From NCBI RefSeq assembly GCF_009914755.1, contig NC_060926.1: 64,000 bases of DNA; one strand, 5' to 3'. The notes beneath the pieces were generated by a model. It saw only the letters and a program-made list of their open reading frames with translations. It did no database searches and had not been told where the DNA came from. Below, piece after piece: positions 1 through 12,662 of the stretch. The stretch is from the human T2T-CHM13v2.0 reference genome, Homo sapiens. The position numbers and the translations under genes were made by a program. Numbering within the stretch: position 1 is the first letter of the stretch; each line of letters opens with the position of its first letter.

Positions 1-234
1 TTTCCAAACATAGGGGAGCCCTTAATTTTAGTTTGGTTGCCAATTTATGCCTTTATTCTGTTGCATCAAGAAAATGGCTGGTGTGATGCATGTTCTTTTG
101 CTATTTGTTGAGTCTTGTTTTGCAGCCTAGGACATGGTGAGTGTTAGTAAATGTCCAAGGTGAACTTGAAAACAATGTGTGGTCTGTAGTTTTTGGGTGT
201 CCACTAAATCAAGTTTGTTCAACTTTTTCATATT

Positions 235-523
235 CTTTTTTTTTATTTTTATATTTTGACAGAGTCTCACTCTGTTGCCCAGGCTGGAGTGCAGGGGCAC
301 GATCTCAGCTCACTGAAACCTCAAGTTCAAGTGATTCTCCTGCCTTAGCCACCCGAGTAGCTGGGATTACAGGCATGAGCCACCACATCTGGCTCATTTT
401 TGTATTTTTTATTTTAGTTTCCGCATGTTGGCCAAGCTGGTCTCAAACTCCCGACCTCAAGTAATCTGACTGCCTTCACCTCCCAAAGTGTTGGGATCAC
501 AAGCATGAAACACTATGCCTGGC
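235..523 (-). mobile_element. Alu (J/S), with internal deletions
   Basis: T-rich tail, then gacagagtctcactctgttgcccaggctggagtgc ... cccaaagtgttgggatcacaagcatga ... gcctggcc. Confidence 0.9.
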
Positions 524-561
524 CCAATTTTTCTATGTTCTTCCTAATTGAGTCTGCTTAA

Positions 562-1004
<443 letters not shown>

Positions 1005-1774
1005 TAATTAAATTATTTATGTATTTATTCTTTTTCCCCACCCCTCCCCCACCAGTGAATGCTTTGGAATGAATACTCATCAGTATGCTGCAACCACTTT
1101 TTATCCTAATAATGATTTTGCCCTGGAGCCTACTTTGTGTGATATGAGCTTCTCTCCACTAGCTTCCTTTTGGATGGTCTTTGCCAGATGTGTCTCCTTC
1201 TATCTCTAGTAATTAGAGCCATTCCAGCTATGTGTCAAAAATTAACAAAAGGGGTTTATGATCAAGCATGGGCAACTTACACAATCGTCAGAAATGGAGG
1301 AACAACTCCCAGCCCTCCGAATCGGCCACCTCCTGGGATCAGGAATAAATCCTAATCTCAAAATACAGGTAAACAGTCTACCTCCTGTCCCCTAAATGAG
1401 ATGCCAAGCATGCCCCTCCCCTCAGCCAGGTTGTCTCCATCCAAATTTCAATGACCACTGGCCTCCCTGCTGACCCATGTCCCACTGAGGAGCCCCAAGC
1501 TCTGAACCAACTGCCTACCCACCATCCCCTCGGGCTGCACCTGCTCCCCAGGCCTTCCCCTCCTTTGGAGCTGCCTCTGTCCACCAAGGGTGCTGTCGCT
1601 CACCTAACCTTCCAACCAGAACCCGGTGGTACCTTGCTGCCCCCTCCACTCCCTGAAGAAGCTGCCCCCATGCCTGTCAAGTTCTTCCAACTGCTCGAAC
1701 CTTCTGGAACTCCAGGCCTCAGTATGTCTTGTCTGAGTGGCTGCAATGGCTATGCTTGCTTCTCTGTCTCTCTC

Positions 1775-2285
1775 CATCAATCAGTCAAGCAATCAATCGA
1801 TCAATCATCTATCAATCAGCTATCCACCTATTAATCTATAATCAATAATCTATTAATCTATATCATTTACTTCTATAATCAATCATTGATCTATCCCATG
1901 TATCTTCCTATCTACCCGTTATCATATCTATCAATCTATCTATCATTTATGCCTCTATCATGTCTATCTTTCAATAATTTATCTATCACCAGGCACAGTA
2001 GCAGGTGCCTGTAGTCCCAGTAACTCAGGAGGCTGAGGCAGGAGGACTGCTTGATGCTAGCAGATCAAGTCCAGACTGGGCAAGATAGTGAGATCTCATC
2101 TCTAAAAAAATTTTTTAAATCATCTATCATCTCTCTCTATTCATCTATCTATCCATGTATCTATCATGTATTTTATGTATCACTTAGCACCTATGAATCA
2201 TCCATCATCTATCGATCAATTATCTATATCATGTCTATATATCTATATATCTATGTATCAATTTATCCATCAATCATCTATCTGT
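1775..2285. repeat. Degenerate (TCTA/TCAA)n simple repeat interrupted by an Alu monomer at about 1989-2110
   Basis: Runs of atctatctatc/atcaatcaatc; the insert reads gcctgtagtcccagtaactcaggaggctgaggcaggagg. Confidence 0.8.
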
Positions 2286-2400
2286 TTTTGAGGCGATATT
2301 CCCAAAATATACAATCAATCCCTTTAAAGTGCACAATTCAGTGGCATTTAGTATGCTCTATAGTTCCAGAACATTTTCTTCGAAATAAAAAGAAACCCGA

Positions 2401-2712
2401 GGCTGGGTGTGGTGGTTCATGCCTGTAATCCAGCACTGTGGGAGGTTGAGGCAGGACGATCGCTTGAGCTCAACAGTTTGAGACCAGCCTGGGCAACATA
2501 GTGTGATCCTGTCTACAAAAAAAATTTCACAAAATTAGCAGGGTATGGTGGCACACGCCTGTGGTTCCAGCTACTCAGGAGACTGGGGCAGGATTGCTTG
2601 AGCCCGGGAGATCAAGGCTGCAGTGAGTTATGACTGCGCCACTGCACTCCAGCCTGGGTGACAGGGTGAGACCCTGTCTGTCTCATTAAAAAATAAAAAA
2701 TAAATACAAAAT
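2401..2712 (+). mobile_element. AluJ inserted in an old L1M 3' fragment (about 2290-2990, minus)
   Basis: ggctgggtgtggtggttcatgcctgtaatc ... gatcaaggctgcagtgagttatga ... A-rich tail. Confidence 0.85.
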
Positions 2713-4620
2713 TTTTTAAAAAGGACTGCCCCTGCCCCATTTTCCTTCCCCTGCCCCAGCCCCTGACACCCACTCATCTGCTTTCTGTCCCGATGAGCCT
2801 ATTCTGGACATTTGTGTCTGGCTTCTTTCACCCAGCACGAACTCTTTGAGGTCTATCCGTCGTGTTACGGTGGAATGGCACCGCGCCTTATGCACAGGCT
2901 GTTTGTCCATTTGTCTGTTGATGAACACTCAGGCTGTCCCACCTTTGGGAGGCTATGGCCATCCATGCATAAAGGTATGGCCGCACAGCTGTTCTCAGTT
3001 CTCATGCCTCTGAGGCCAGATGGGCTGCCGCACCCTATTCCCACCAGCCACCCTCACATGCAGCCACTTGGCCTGCAGTACTCGACACTGCTTCCCTGTT
3101 GCTGAAAGCTCCTCGGTGGCCTCTGGGCTAAGTCCTGTCTCTGTAGTGTGGCCTCCAAGGCCCGCCAGCCACAGCCCTCCCTTCCCGTGCCCTCCCTTCC
3201 CCCTGTATGCAGCACTAACACCCTGCACTGTGCTCCCAGTTCCCCCCAAGCCCCTGCACAAGTGGCCTCCTCTCTCTAGACGGGCCAGCAACACCCTGTG
3301 TGGCAGCTTAGACATCCCTTCTCTTGCCTTCGTGCTCCTCCCACAGGGACCAGCATGATCCCCGCCCCTAGTCCTATTTGGGCTCAGCCAGTATTTCTGT
3401 GCAATGTTGTTGCAGGTTCTGCCCCACCACCGTCACAGGAATCCTAAGAGCATGGGCGTGAGGCTCGGTGGAGGGCATGTTGGACCATGTCTTCTGGTGA
3501 CTTTCCCCCACAGAGGGGCTTGGGGGTCAGGCCCACTCATTTCCCAAACTCACTCTTTCCCCCACAGGCAACCCACTCCCTCTCCTCCATCTCTCCCCAA
3601 GACCCGCAGCAGACACCACTACACTCTGAGGCAGGGAGGAAGGACTGCATTTGCCAATGGAGGCTTTTACTGGGGGGACTCGGGATGGCGCCCGGCCTGA
3701 GGGCTGAGGGCCTGGGAAAGGCACACAGTGGCGGTGGGGTCTCTCGGGCAGGCGCTGGCTCTGCAGACGGCTCCCCCTGGTGACCCCTGTTTGGCACTGA
3801 GCTGGGAACATGGTGTCCGCACTCCCAGCTAGCAAGCAGAAGCCCGTGTGGCCAGGTGGCGGCTGGCAATGTAGGCTGGCGGGGTGACGGCCACAGGGGC
3901 TGGGTTTGGCACCGGTGGGAGCCGGGACCCCAGGGGACTCAGAGGCTGGGCCGCCCCCGCTGCTGGCAGGGTAGTCACATTGGCCACGGAGATGGCTACG
4001 AATAGGGAATCCAATAAATTAGGCTGTAGAAAGAGAAGGTGAGGGGCCGAGGGGGCGGGGCCTACATTCTCGCTCCGCAGGCAATGCTGTGCGTCCCTCT
4101 CCCGTGGGATCTTCGGGGCTCTTGTGGAGGAGAGGATGCAGGTGAGGCGCTCTGTGTGACCGTGGGTACCACTGGGCGGCTTTTATAGCATCGCATGGGA
4201 TGGGAGCCTTGGCTGGCCACCCTCAGGGGATGGACCGTGGGGTCTTTGAGAGACTGACGAGGAGGGAGGCCACCTGCAGCGCCAGGGGCTGTGGCCTGAG
4301 GGGCTCCTGGGGCTCGGCTGCGCTGCTGTGTGGCCAGCACTGGGCCCCTTGTACCCCAGCTTCCTCCACGGAGCAAAGTAGAGGACTCACTGCCCTGGAC
4401 AGGGCCCAGTCACTGTGGAACAGCCCCCCCAGGGAGTGGGAGGGACAGGGCGAGGGTTACGCAAGGCGCCACCCTCCACATCTACTTTCCCGAGGTCGGG
4501 AAGCGTCTTCTAGGACGAGGGGTCAGGCATGCAGGGGCGGGGTGCGTGCGCAGGTGGGTGCTGCCGTCTCCTTCATGTGATTCGAGCTTGGGGGCGGGGC
4601 AGGGGCTGGGGAGGGTGGCG

Positions 4621-4867
4621 TCAGGTGGAGGCACCCTGGAGGCCACCAGGGCCTTGCGGGCTAGGTGCCGGCACGTGCGCTGGGGCCACGGCCTCGCCCA
4701 GGATTTGGCAGAGCTCCTGGAGGTGCCGCTGCATCTTGGGAATGCCCGCCAGCTGCTGCTCCAGCCGCTGCTTCTCCTCTGTCAGGCTCAGGCGGGCAGC
4801 CGAGCCTAGCTTCTCGAACTTCCAGCCACCCTCCCCATCGAACTGTAGCAAGTGTGTGTGGTACTCC
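4621..4867 (-). pseudogene. ABCD1P: ABCD1 pseudo-exon 10, coding part
   Basis: Acceptor ctctcctggccag|G; [46 protein letters not shown]...GAST, TGA at 4621-4623. Confidence 0.95.
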
Positions 4868-5012
4868 CTGGCCAGGAGAGGGACAGGGTCAGGGGCATGG
4901 CACGAGGGCTGCTGATGACAGCCGCCTGCTGCTGCCGCCTGGCCCAACAGGCCACCTCCTCCCCTCAGGCAGCCACTCCCACTGACCCCAGGCAGGGAGA
5001 CAGGGCACCTAC

Positions 5013-5137
5013 CACAGGAGGGCTGGTGGGTGATGGAGAGCAGGGCAATGCCTGCGTCCTTGGCCGCCTGGAAGATCTTGCCTTCCACGTCGATGCTCAC
5101 AGCACTGGTGCATTCATCCAGGAGGGCGTACTTGGGC
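5013..5137 (-). pseudogene. ABCD1P: ABCD1 pseudo-exon 9 (125 bp; 1-bp deletion versus the 126-bp ABCD1 exon)
   Basis: ccccag|GCCCAAGTAC, Walker [19 protein letters not shown]...ITHQPS, donor TG|gtaggt. Confidence 0.93.
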
Positions 5138-5285
5138 CTGGGGGTCCGGGCCGAGAGGAGAGTCTGTGCACCCTCCAGGGCCCAACACCCCAGTCCGGCT
5201 CAGGCTCCACTGAGCCCAGGCCTCCCCACAGCTGCTACTTCTCCTTCCAGGGGACCCCAGGGAGCCTGCCGGCCCGGAGTGCTCA

Positions 5286-5513
<228 letters not shown>

Positions 5514-5524
5514 TTAATCATGGA

Positions 5525-5908
5525 GGAGTGGGGACTGGAATCGTGCCTTCCCCCAGAAGAGATATGGTGAAGTCCAAGCCCCAACACTTCAGTGTGACCT
5601 TATTTGGAGACAGGGCCTTCGCAGAGGTGATCACACTAAGATAAGGTCATCAGAGCGGACCCTAATTCAATATGACTGTGTCCTCATAAAAAGGGGGTGT
5701 GCGGGCAGAGGACGTGCACAGGGGAACACGAGGTGAAGATATACAGGGAGAAGTGGACCATCTGTGAGCCGAGGACAGAGGCCTGGAACACATCCTTCTG
5801 TCATGGCACCTGGAAGGAACCCACCCTGCTGGTACCAGGATCTCGGACTGCTGGATCCAGGAGATGATCCACCCCTGCGGTTTATGGCAGCCCCAGGACA
5901 CCCATACA
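5525..5908 (+). mobile_element. MaLR LTR (MLT1-like) in ABCD1 intron 7
   Basis: gtgaccttatttggagacagggcc, gtcctcataaaaaggg, end ...gacacccataca. Confidence 0.75.
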
Positions 5909-6149
5909 GCTCCTTGGCACAGAGCTCCAGAGCGGCCTGAGTTCTCTCCCCAGACCAGGGGCTTGTCACCCACAGGGGTTGGGCCTCCTGTCACTGCCCC
6001 GTGCCAGCACTTTGGTAAGGCTCGAGTGGGCTGCTTGAAGGAGCAGGTGAGCCGGCTGCTCCATTAGGCCGGGGCACTGCGGCAGAAGTGGCCCCTCCTG
6101 TCTTCTCGCCCATGCTGCCTTCCCCAGCGGCCCAGGGCTAGAAGTGGCG

Positions 6150-6600
6150 ACAGGGTATATGGCCACCCAGAGTAGAGATTACGCTTCCCAGGTGGCCTTG
6201 TGGTGAGGTGTGAGCATGAAACTAAGTTGTGGCCAATGAGATATAACTGTAAGTATTCAATATGGCGGCTTCTGGAACCTTCCTTAAAAGATAGAAGACA
6301 CATACCTTTTGCCCCTTTCCTTCTACTTCCTCCATCCTACAGCCTGGGACATGAGGTGAGGGCTGCAGCAGCCCTCCTGGATCATGAGGTGACTTTGGGA
6401 ATGGAGGCCACACACAGCAGAGTGACATGGTAGAAAATCCTAGAGCCTCGGGGCCTTCATAGAGCAGGGCCAGCCCTGGCAACTGTGGCCTGGCTCTCTT
6501 GGGATCTAACAGCTCAGTAGGATAAACTCACAGATGATCTTAGCCACTACTGCGGGGAGGCTGGTTCTGTTCCTCGCAGCTCAACTCCATCCTAATGGCT
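6150..6600 (+). mobile_element. Ancient ERVL-class LTR remnant (LTR33/LTR16-like)
   Basis: ttcccagg...actaagttgtggccaatgagatataa motif. Confidence 0.5.
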
Positions 6601-7670
6601 CATGCTGGCTGGCCACAGGCCCTGGGCATTCAGGCTGCCACAGAGGCGGGAGGGGCCATGTGCTCCCAGGCCGAGGGCAGCAGGAGCAAGAGGCAGGGTC
6701 GGGCCAGGGGCTGCTCCACCACCATCGCCACCTGTGTTCCCGCTTCCTCCACAGGCAGATGACAACACCCTGGTCATTTCCTGTGGGAGCCACTTCTTCT
6801 TATGTTGCCACCGAGGGAGGGCTTGGTGCCCGTGCCCTTGAAACATGAAGGGGAGCCCCAGCAAGGCGAGGTCCTTGCCCAGGACCATCTCACACCCAGC
6901 AGTGGGGGCTGGAAGCAGAACCCAGAGGCTCAGAATTCAAAGACAGAACTGAACGCTCCATCTACTGTGTCCCTGTAGCTGCACCCCCCTCTCCTCCTCC
7001 GCTCTCCTGGCCCGACAGCCACTGTGGACAAGCAGTATTCCTTGATAAGCCCAGGACAAGAAAACAGCTCAGTCTGGCCTCCTTTTCAGTGAACTCATCT
7101 CTGAATCCACCTGACTCTGCTGGCCCCAGCCCCCTCCAAGCGTCTGCACAGACCTCCTGACAGTAGCCATCACTGCACACATGTTCCTGCCCCTCCCAGG
7201 CTGCCCCTGCCCACCGCCCCATGGTCCTTCCAAGAGCGTCTGATCCCGCTCAGGGAAAGCCTAGGCTCCCGCCTGGTCCGGAGGGCCCTCTGTGAGCCAG
7301 CCTCTCACACCACCAAGCCTGCGGGCCGCACTCTGCCCTGCTGCCCCTGGCTCCTGGACGGGGTAACCACTCAGCATTCTGCAGGGCTCAGCTCAGACTC
7401 CTTTTCTCTGGGAGAGGGTATCCTGGGTACCCCAATGAGGTGCGCATCCCTGCTAGGTGCCCCCTTCCCTAGAGCACCCATGCCACCTGGGGCCATCTGT
7501 GTGTTGTTGGTCCTCCCTGGTAGGCAGGCCTCAGAGGTAGCACCCTCTGCCCTGCCCCTGTGGCACCTGGCACTTTAGACTCCTGGATATTGAGATAATC
7601 TTCACTCCCTGGAGGCCAAGGGAGAGGCCAGGGTGGGACAAAGGGCGGCTGCCAGCCCCAGGCCTCCTAC

Positions 7671-7816
7671 CTCCCTCCCACTGCAGGATGTGGTGCAGGT
7701 GCACGATGTCCAGGATGGCTTCCAGGTCCTGCTCCGGGTAGCCCTTCCTTCGCATGCCCTCCACTGAGTCCGGGTAGATCACCTGGTCACACAAGGAACC
7801 CACAGACATGTAGGGC
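7671..7816 (-). pseudogene. ABCD1P: ABCD1 pseudo-exon 7 (146 bp)
   Basis: ctttcccacag|GCCCTACATG...GAGGGAG|gtagga; [48 protein letters not shown]. Confidence 0.95.
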
Positions 7817-7894
7817 CTGTGGGAAAGCTGGGTGTCCACGGAGGGAAGGGCTGGCCCTGCCTCCCCCAAGATACTCTGTGCCTCCCAGGCAGTG

Positions 7895-8026
7895 TAGATT
7901 CTGTCTGCTGTAGACAAAATAATGGCCCCCGAAAAATGTTCATGTCCTAATTCCCAGAGTCTAACATACAAATATGTTAGGTGGCATGGCAGTGGGAAAT
8001 TAGATTTCAAGTGAAATTAAGGCTGC
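7895..8026 (+). repeat. 132-bp MLT1 LTR 5' piece plus flank, paralogous to 49844-49975
   Basis: Ungapped hand alignment, 10 mismatches in 132 bp. Confidence 0.9.
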
Positions 8027-8027
8027 A

Positions 8028-8612
8028 AAGGCGGCGGGGGAAAAAGCCGCAGCAGCAAAAATCCGGGGCGGCGGGGGCAAAAAGCCGCGGCGGGGCAAAA
8101 ACCCGAGGCAGGGTGGGGGCAAAAAGCCGCGGCCGGTAAAAAGCCGTGGGGGCAGGGGGTAAAAAGCCACGGCGGGGAAAAAGCCGCAGCAGCGGGGAGT
8201 CAAAAAGCCGTGGCGGGCAAAAAGCCGCCGCGGACAAAAAGCCACGGCGGCGGGTGTGCAAAAAGCCGAGGCAGCGGGGCAGTGGGGGCAAAAAGCCGGA
8301 GCGGGCAAAAAGCCGCTGCGACAAAAAGCCGCGGCGGCAGAGGGGCAAAAAGCCGCAGTGGCGGGGGGGGGGCAAAAAGCCATGGCCGGCAAAAAGCCGC
8401 GGCGGCAGGGGGCAAAAAGCCGCGGCGGGGGTGCAAAAAGCCGGGGCGGGCAGAAAGCCGCGGCGGCGGGGGGTAAAAAGCCGTGGCGGCTGGCGTCAAA
8501 AAGCCGCGCGGCGGGGGTGCAAAAAGCCCTGGTGGGCAAATAACCACGGCACCTGAGGAGGGGAGGGCAAAAAGCCGAGGCGGGCAAAAAGCCACGGCGG
8601 CGGGGGGAAAAA
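8028..8612 (+). repeat. Pericentromeric GC-rich tandem array, unit about CAAAAAGCCGCGGCGG(CGGGG)G
   Basis: Many consecutive caaaaagccg units spaced about 17-25 bp; ends on an Alu tail remnant (gcgagactacgtctc-polyA, 8614-8644). Confidence 0.95.
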
Positions 8613-9023
8613 AGCGAGACTACGTCTCAAAAAAAAAAAAAAAAGTTAAACATATCACACCACCTAGTCATTCAAATCCTGCTTATTTGCCCAAGACAAA
8701 TGAAAGCGTATGTCCAAACTATTGGACAAACATTCGTAGCAACTTTATTTGAAATAGCAAAAACAACTGGAAGCAAACCAAATGTCCATCAAGTGTTGAA
8801 TAGATACACCAACTGTAGAATATCCATACAATAAAACTATTTTTAAAAAACTACGGGGCAAAAAACAAAAAACCAAAGACAGAATCTAACTTCTTGGTAA
8901 ATACATTCACTATTAGGGTTTTTATAACAGAGAAGTCATTCTTTATTAACACTCTTTTGACTATGAAAATATTTTGACATCAAAAATCTGCAAAATATGA
9001 AGAAACAAAGGACACACAGCTTT

Positions 9024-9340
9024 TTCTATTTTCTATTTTTATTTTATTTTAGTTTATTTTTTGAGAAGGAGTCTCTTTCTGTCACCCAGGCTGGAGTGCA
9101 GTGGCGCGATCTTAGCTCACTGCAAGCTGGGCCTCCCGGTTCATGCCATTCTCCTGCCTCAGTCTCCCGAGTAGCTGGGACTACAGGTGCCCGCCACCAA
9201 GCCCGGCTAATTTTTTGTATTTTTAGTAGAGACGGGGTTTCACCGTTAGCCAGGATGGTCTCAATCTCCTGACCTCGTGATCTGCCCACCTCGGCCTCTC
9301 AAAGTGCTGGGATTACAGGCGTGAGCCACCGCCCCCGGCC
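9024..9340 (-). mobile_element. AluY with 15-bp TSD
   Basis: TSD aggacacacagcttt at 9009-9023 and 9343-9357; ttagccaggatggtctc and ctcctgacctcgtgatc diagnostics. Confidence 0.93.
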
Positions 9341-10199
9341 CCAGGACACACAGCTTTAAAATTTCTCCTTGGTCTCACCCAGTGCCAACCACCTAAAACC
9401 TCTCATTTTCCCCCAGACATTTCTTCTGCCTCCAGGATGGAGGTAGAGAATCTTGGCCTTGGCCTACGCACTGGGGACCATGCTGGGCTGCCGTGGACAG
9501 TGACGGACTCAGGTTCTCACCAGGATCCCCAAAATAGGCCCCTGACAAAAATGTTACCATCAGGGTGCGCTCCCTGATTCTTGTGTCTGCTGGAAGGAGG
9601 AAATCAAGCCAGGAACATTGTCAGGATAGAGATGAAAATGGGGCTCACTTTTCTGTCTGTTGTGATGTCAGACAAGCCTTTCAGCTGTGTCTCCTCAGCC
9701 CTCATGGAATTGTTTGATGTGGACGCACCGAGAGTCTGAACTGGGTCCCCTTTCCCTCTGCCCTTCTCTGGGGCCAGATTCTGAGCTCTCCATTCCAATT
9801 TTTCCCCCAATTTGCCCTTGCATTTATTTATCTGGATTACTGTCTGCCTGTCCCAAAGAATAAAAGCTTTATCACAGTGGGGACTTTGTTTAAAAAAATA
9901 ATAATAACAGCTATATTTTTAGGATCCATGACACTGACCAGCATATCGGTGGTATCTGATAAAACATGTTTGTTGACTGAATGAACAAATATATTATTCA
10001 CAATTCACATTATCCTGAACTGGCTAGAAAATTAAATACCTGATATCAGTATTGGCAACATTATGAAGTAAATATAATTCTGATACAGTGCTCGTGAAAG
10101 TCTAATATGAAATGCTCATTTTAGAAAACATTTTCTTGTAGATTTGAAAATGTTTCATCTCCATGAACTAGTTGTATATCTGCAAGTTGTGTATCTTTG

Positions 10200-10803
10200 G
10201 GTTAGGCAGAATAATTGCCCCCCACCAAAGACAGCCACATCCCAGTCTTCAGATAAGGTGAACATGCTAACGTAAGTTAGCATGTTCAAAGGGACTTGGC
10301 AGATGTGATTACCATTAAGGGCATTGAAATGGGGAAATTACCTTGAATTACCTTGGTGAGCCAATCTCATAATTCCTTGAGATCAGAGAATATTTTCTGG
10401 ATGCTGAGATTCAGACAGATGGCAGTATGAGAAAGATGTGGCCTGCTATTACTGGCTTTTAAAACAGTGGTAGGGGGCCACAAGCCAAGGAAAGCCAGTG
10501 ACCTTTAGAAGCTGGGAATGACCCAAAGTTTACAACCAGGAAGAAACTGAGGATCTACAACCACAAGGAACTGAATTCTGCCAACAACCCAGATGCTCTT
10601 TTAGAGCCTTCAGAAAGAAATGCAGCCTGCCAACATCTTGATGTTATTTCAGTGAGAGCCATGCCAGATTTCCAACCAAAACAATTCTAAGACAATAAGT
10701 TTGTGTGTGTTTTTTAAAACTGACTCAAATCTTACAAAAATGTGTTCTTTTAAGCCACTGAATTTGTGGTAAATTGTCACAGCAGGAATAGAAAACTGAT
10801 ACA
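10200..10803 (+). mobile_element. MaLR LTR (MLT1D/E-like)
   Basis: aggcagaataattgcccc ... aagggacttggcagatgtgatt ... caaggaactgaattctgccaacaacc ... gaaaactgataca. Confidence 0.85.
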
Positions 10804-11812
10804 ACCCTAGAGAAAGTCTCGTACATGTGCCCTATAAACACACAGCAGAATTTTTTTTAACTTTTTATTGAGTTAAAAAATATATATATAATTTACCATC
10901 TGTACATTTTTAGAGGACAGTTTAGTGGTGATAAATACATTTATATTTTCTTCTCTTAATCTCCTCTTCCCACTCCCCTTGCTGGCCTCTAGCAACCACC
11001 AATTTACTTTCTATCTTCATGAGATCCACTTTTTTACTGCCCACATATGAGTGACAACATGTGGTATTTGCCTTTCTGTGCTTGGCTCATTCCACTTAAC
11101 ATAATGGCCTATGTTCATTACGTTAAGCCAAATGGCCAGCGCCACCTATGTTGCTGCGAATGACAGAATTTCATTCTTCTTTGTATCTGAGTAGAATTCC
11201 ATTATGTATATATATGACTTTTAAAATCTATTCATTTGTTGATGAGCACTTACATTGATTCCATATTTTGTCTATTGTGAATAGTGCTGCAGTACACATC
11301 GGCATGTAGACATGTCTTTGATACATTAATTTCCTTTATTTTGGATATATATCCAGTAAAGAAATTGCTGGACCACATGGTAGTTCTATTTTTACTTTTT
11401 TGAGGAACCTCCATACTGTTCTCCATAGTGGCTTTATTAATGTGGATTCCCACCAACAGTGTACTAGTATTTCCCTTTCTCCACATCCTTGCCAGCATCT
11501 GTTATTGCCTGTCTTTCTGAAACAAGTCATTTCAACCAAGGTGAGATGATATTGCATTGTGATTTTGATTTGCATTTCTTTGACGATTAGTGATATTGAA
11601 CATTCTTTCATCTTCCTATTGGCCATTTGTATGTCTTCTTTTGAGAAAATATCTGTTCAGATCTTCTGCCCATTTTTAAATTGTATTTATTTATATATTT
11701 TTAACTATTATTTTTTTAGAAGCAAGGTCTTGCTTTGTCACCCAAGCTAAAGGGCAGTAGCATAATCATAGCTCACTGTAACCTCAAACTCCTGGGATTA
11801 AGAAATCCTCCT

Positions 11813-12116
11813 GACCGGGCGCGGTGGCTCACGCCTGTATTCCCAGCACTTTGGGAGGCCGAGGCTGGCGGATCACGAGGTCAGGAGATCGAGACCATCC
11901 TGGCTAACACGGTGAAACCCCGTCTCTACTAAAAATACAAAAAATTAGCCGGGCTTGGCGCCGGGCGCCTGTAGTCCCAGCTACTCAAGAGGCTGAGGCA
12001 GGAGAATGGCGTGAGCCCCGGGGGAGCAGAGCATGCAGTGAGCCGAGATCGTGCCACTGCACTCCAACCTGGGCGACAGCGAGACTCCATCTTAAAAAAA
12101 AAAAAAAAAAAAAAAA
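11813..12116 (+). mobile_element. AluY nested in an older minus-strand Alu fragment (about 11705-12147) inside the L1
   Basis: TSD aagaaatcctcct at 11800-11812 and 12115-12127; gagatcgagaccatcctggctaacacggtg. Confidence 0.93.
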
Positions 12117-12420
12117 GAAATCCTCCTACCTCAGCCTCTTCAGTAGCCCATTTTTCAATCAGATTTTTTGTTTGTTTATTATTGAGTTGTTTGAGCTCCT
12201 TATATATTCTACTTGTTAATCCTTTATCAGATAGATAGTTTGAAAATATTTTGTCCCATTCTGTGGTTGGCTCTTCACTTTATTGATTGTTTCCTTTGCT
12301 TGAGGCTTTTTAGTTTGATATAATCCCATTGTCTATTTTTGCTTTGGTTGCCTGTGCTTCCGAGGTCTTACGCAAAAAAATCTTTGCCCAGACTAATGTC
12401 CTGGAGCATTTCTCCTATGC

Positions 12421-12662
12421 TTTCTTTTTTTCTTTCTTTTTTTTTTTTTTCCACACCATTCTCCTGCCTCAGCCTCCCGAGTAGCTGGGACTACAGGCGC
12501 CCACCATCATGCCCCGCTAATTTTTTTTTTTTTTTTTTTGTATTTTTAGTAGAGACGGAGTTTCACCGTGTTAGCCAGGGTGGTCTCGATCTCCTGACCT
12601 TGTGATCCGCCCGCCTTGGCCTCCCAAAGTGCTGAGATTACAGACGTGAGCCACCGCGCCCA
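12421..12662 (-). mobile_element. AluY-like, lacking the 3' part of the right arm
   Basis: polyT joined directly to ccacaccattctcctgcctcagcc; continues to gagccaccgcgccc. Confidence 0.85.

Noticed and set aside
1451-1834. 127-aa proline-rich ORF
   Set aside because: No recognisable domain; runs into a TCAA/TCTA simple repeat
2995-4620. Many overlapping 100-160-aa ORFs
   Set aside because: GC-rich ABCD1 3'UTR and flank; stop-poor by composition
7531-8010. 159-aa ORF containing ABCD1 exon 7
   Set aside because: Non-ATG start inside an LTR fragment; reads across the duplication junction and intron sequence
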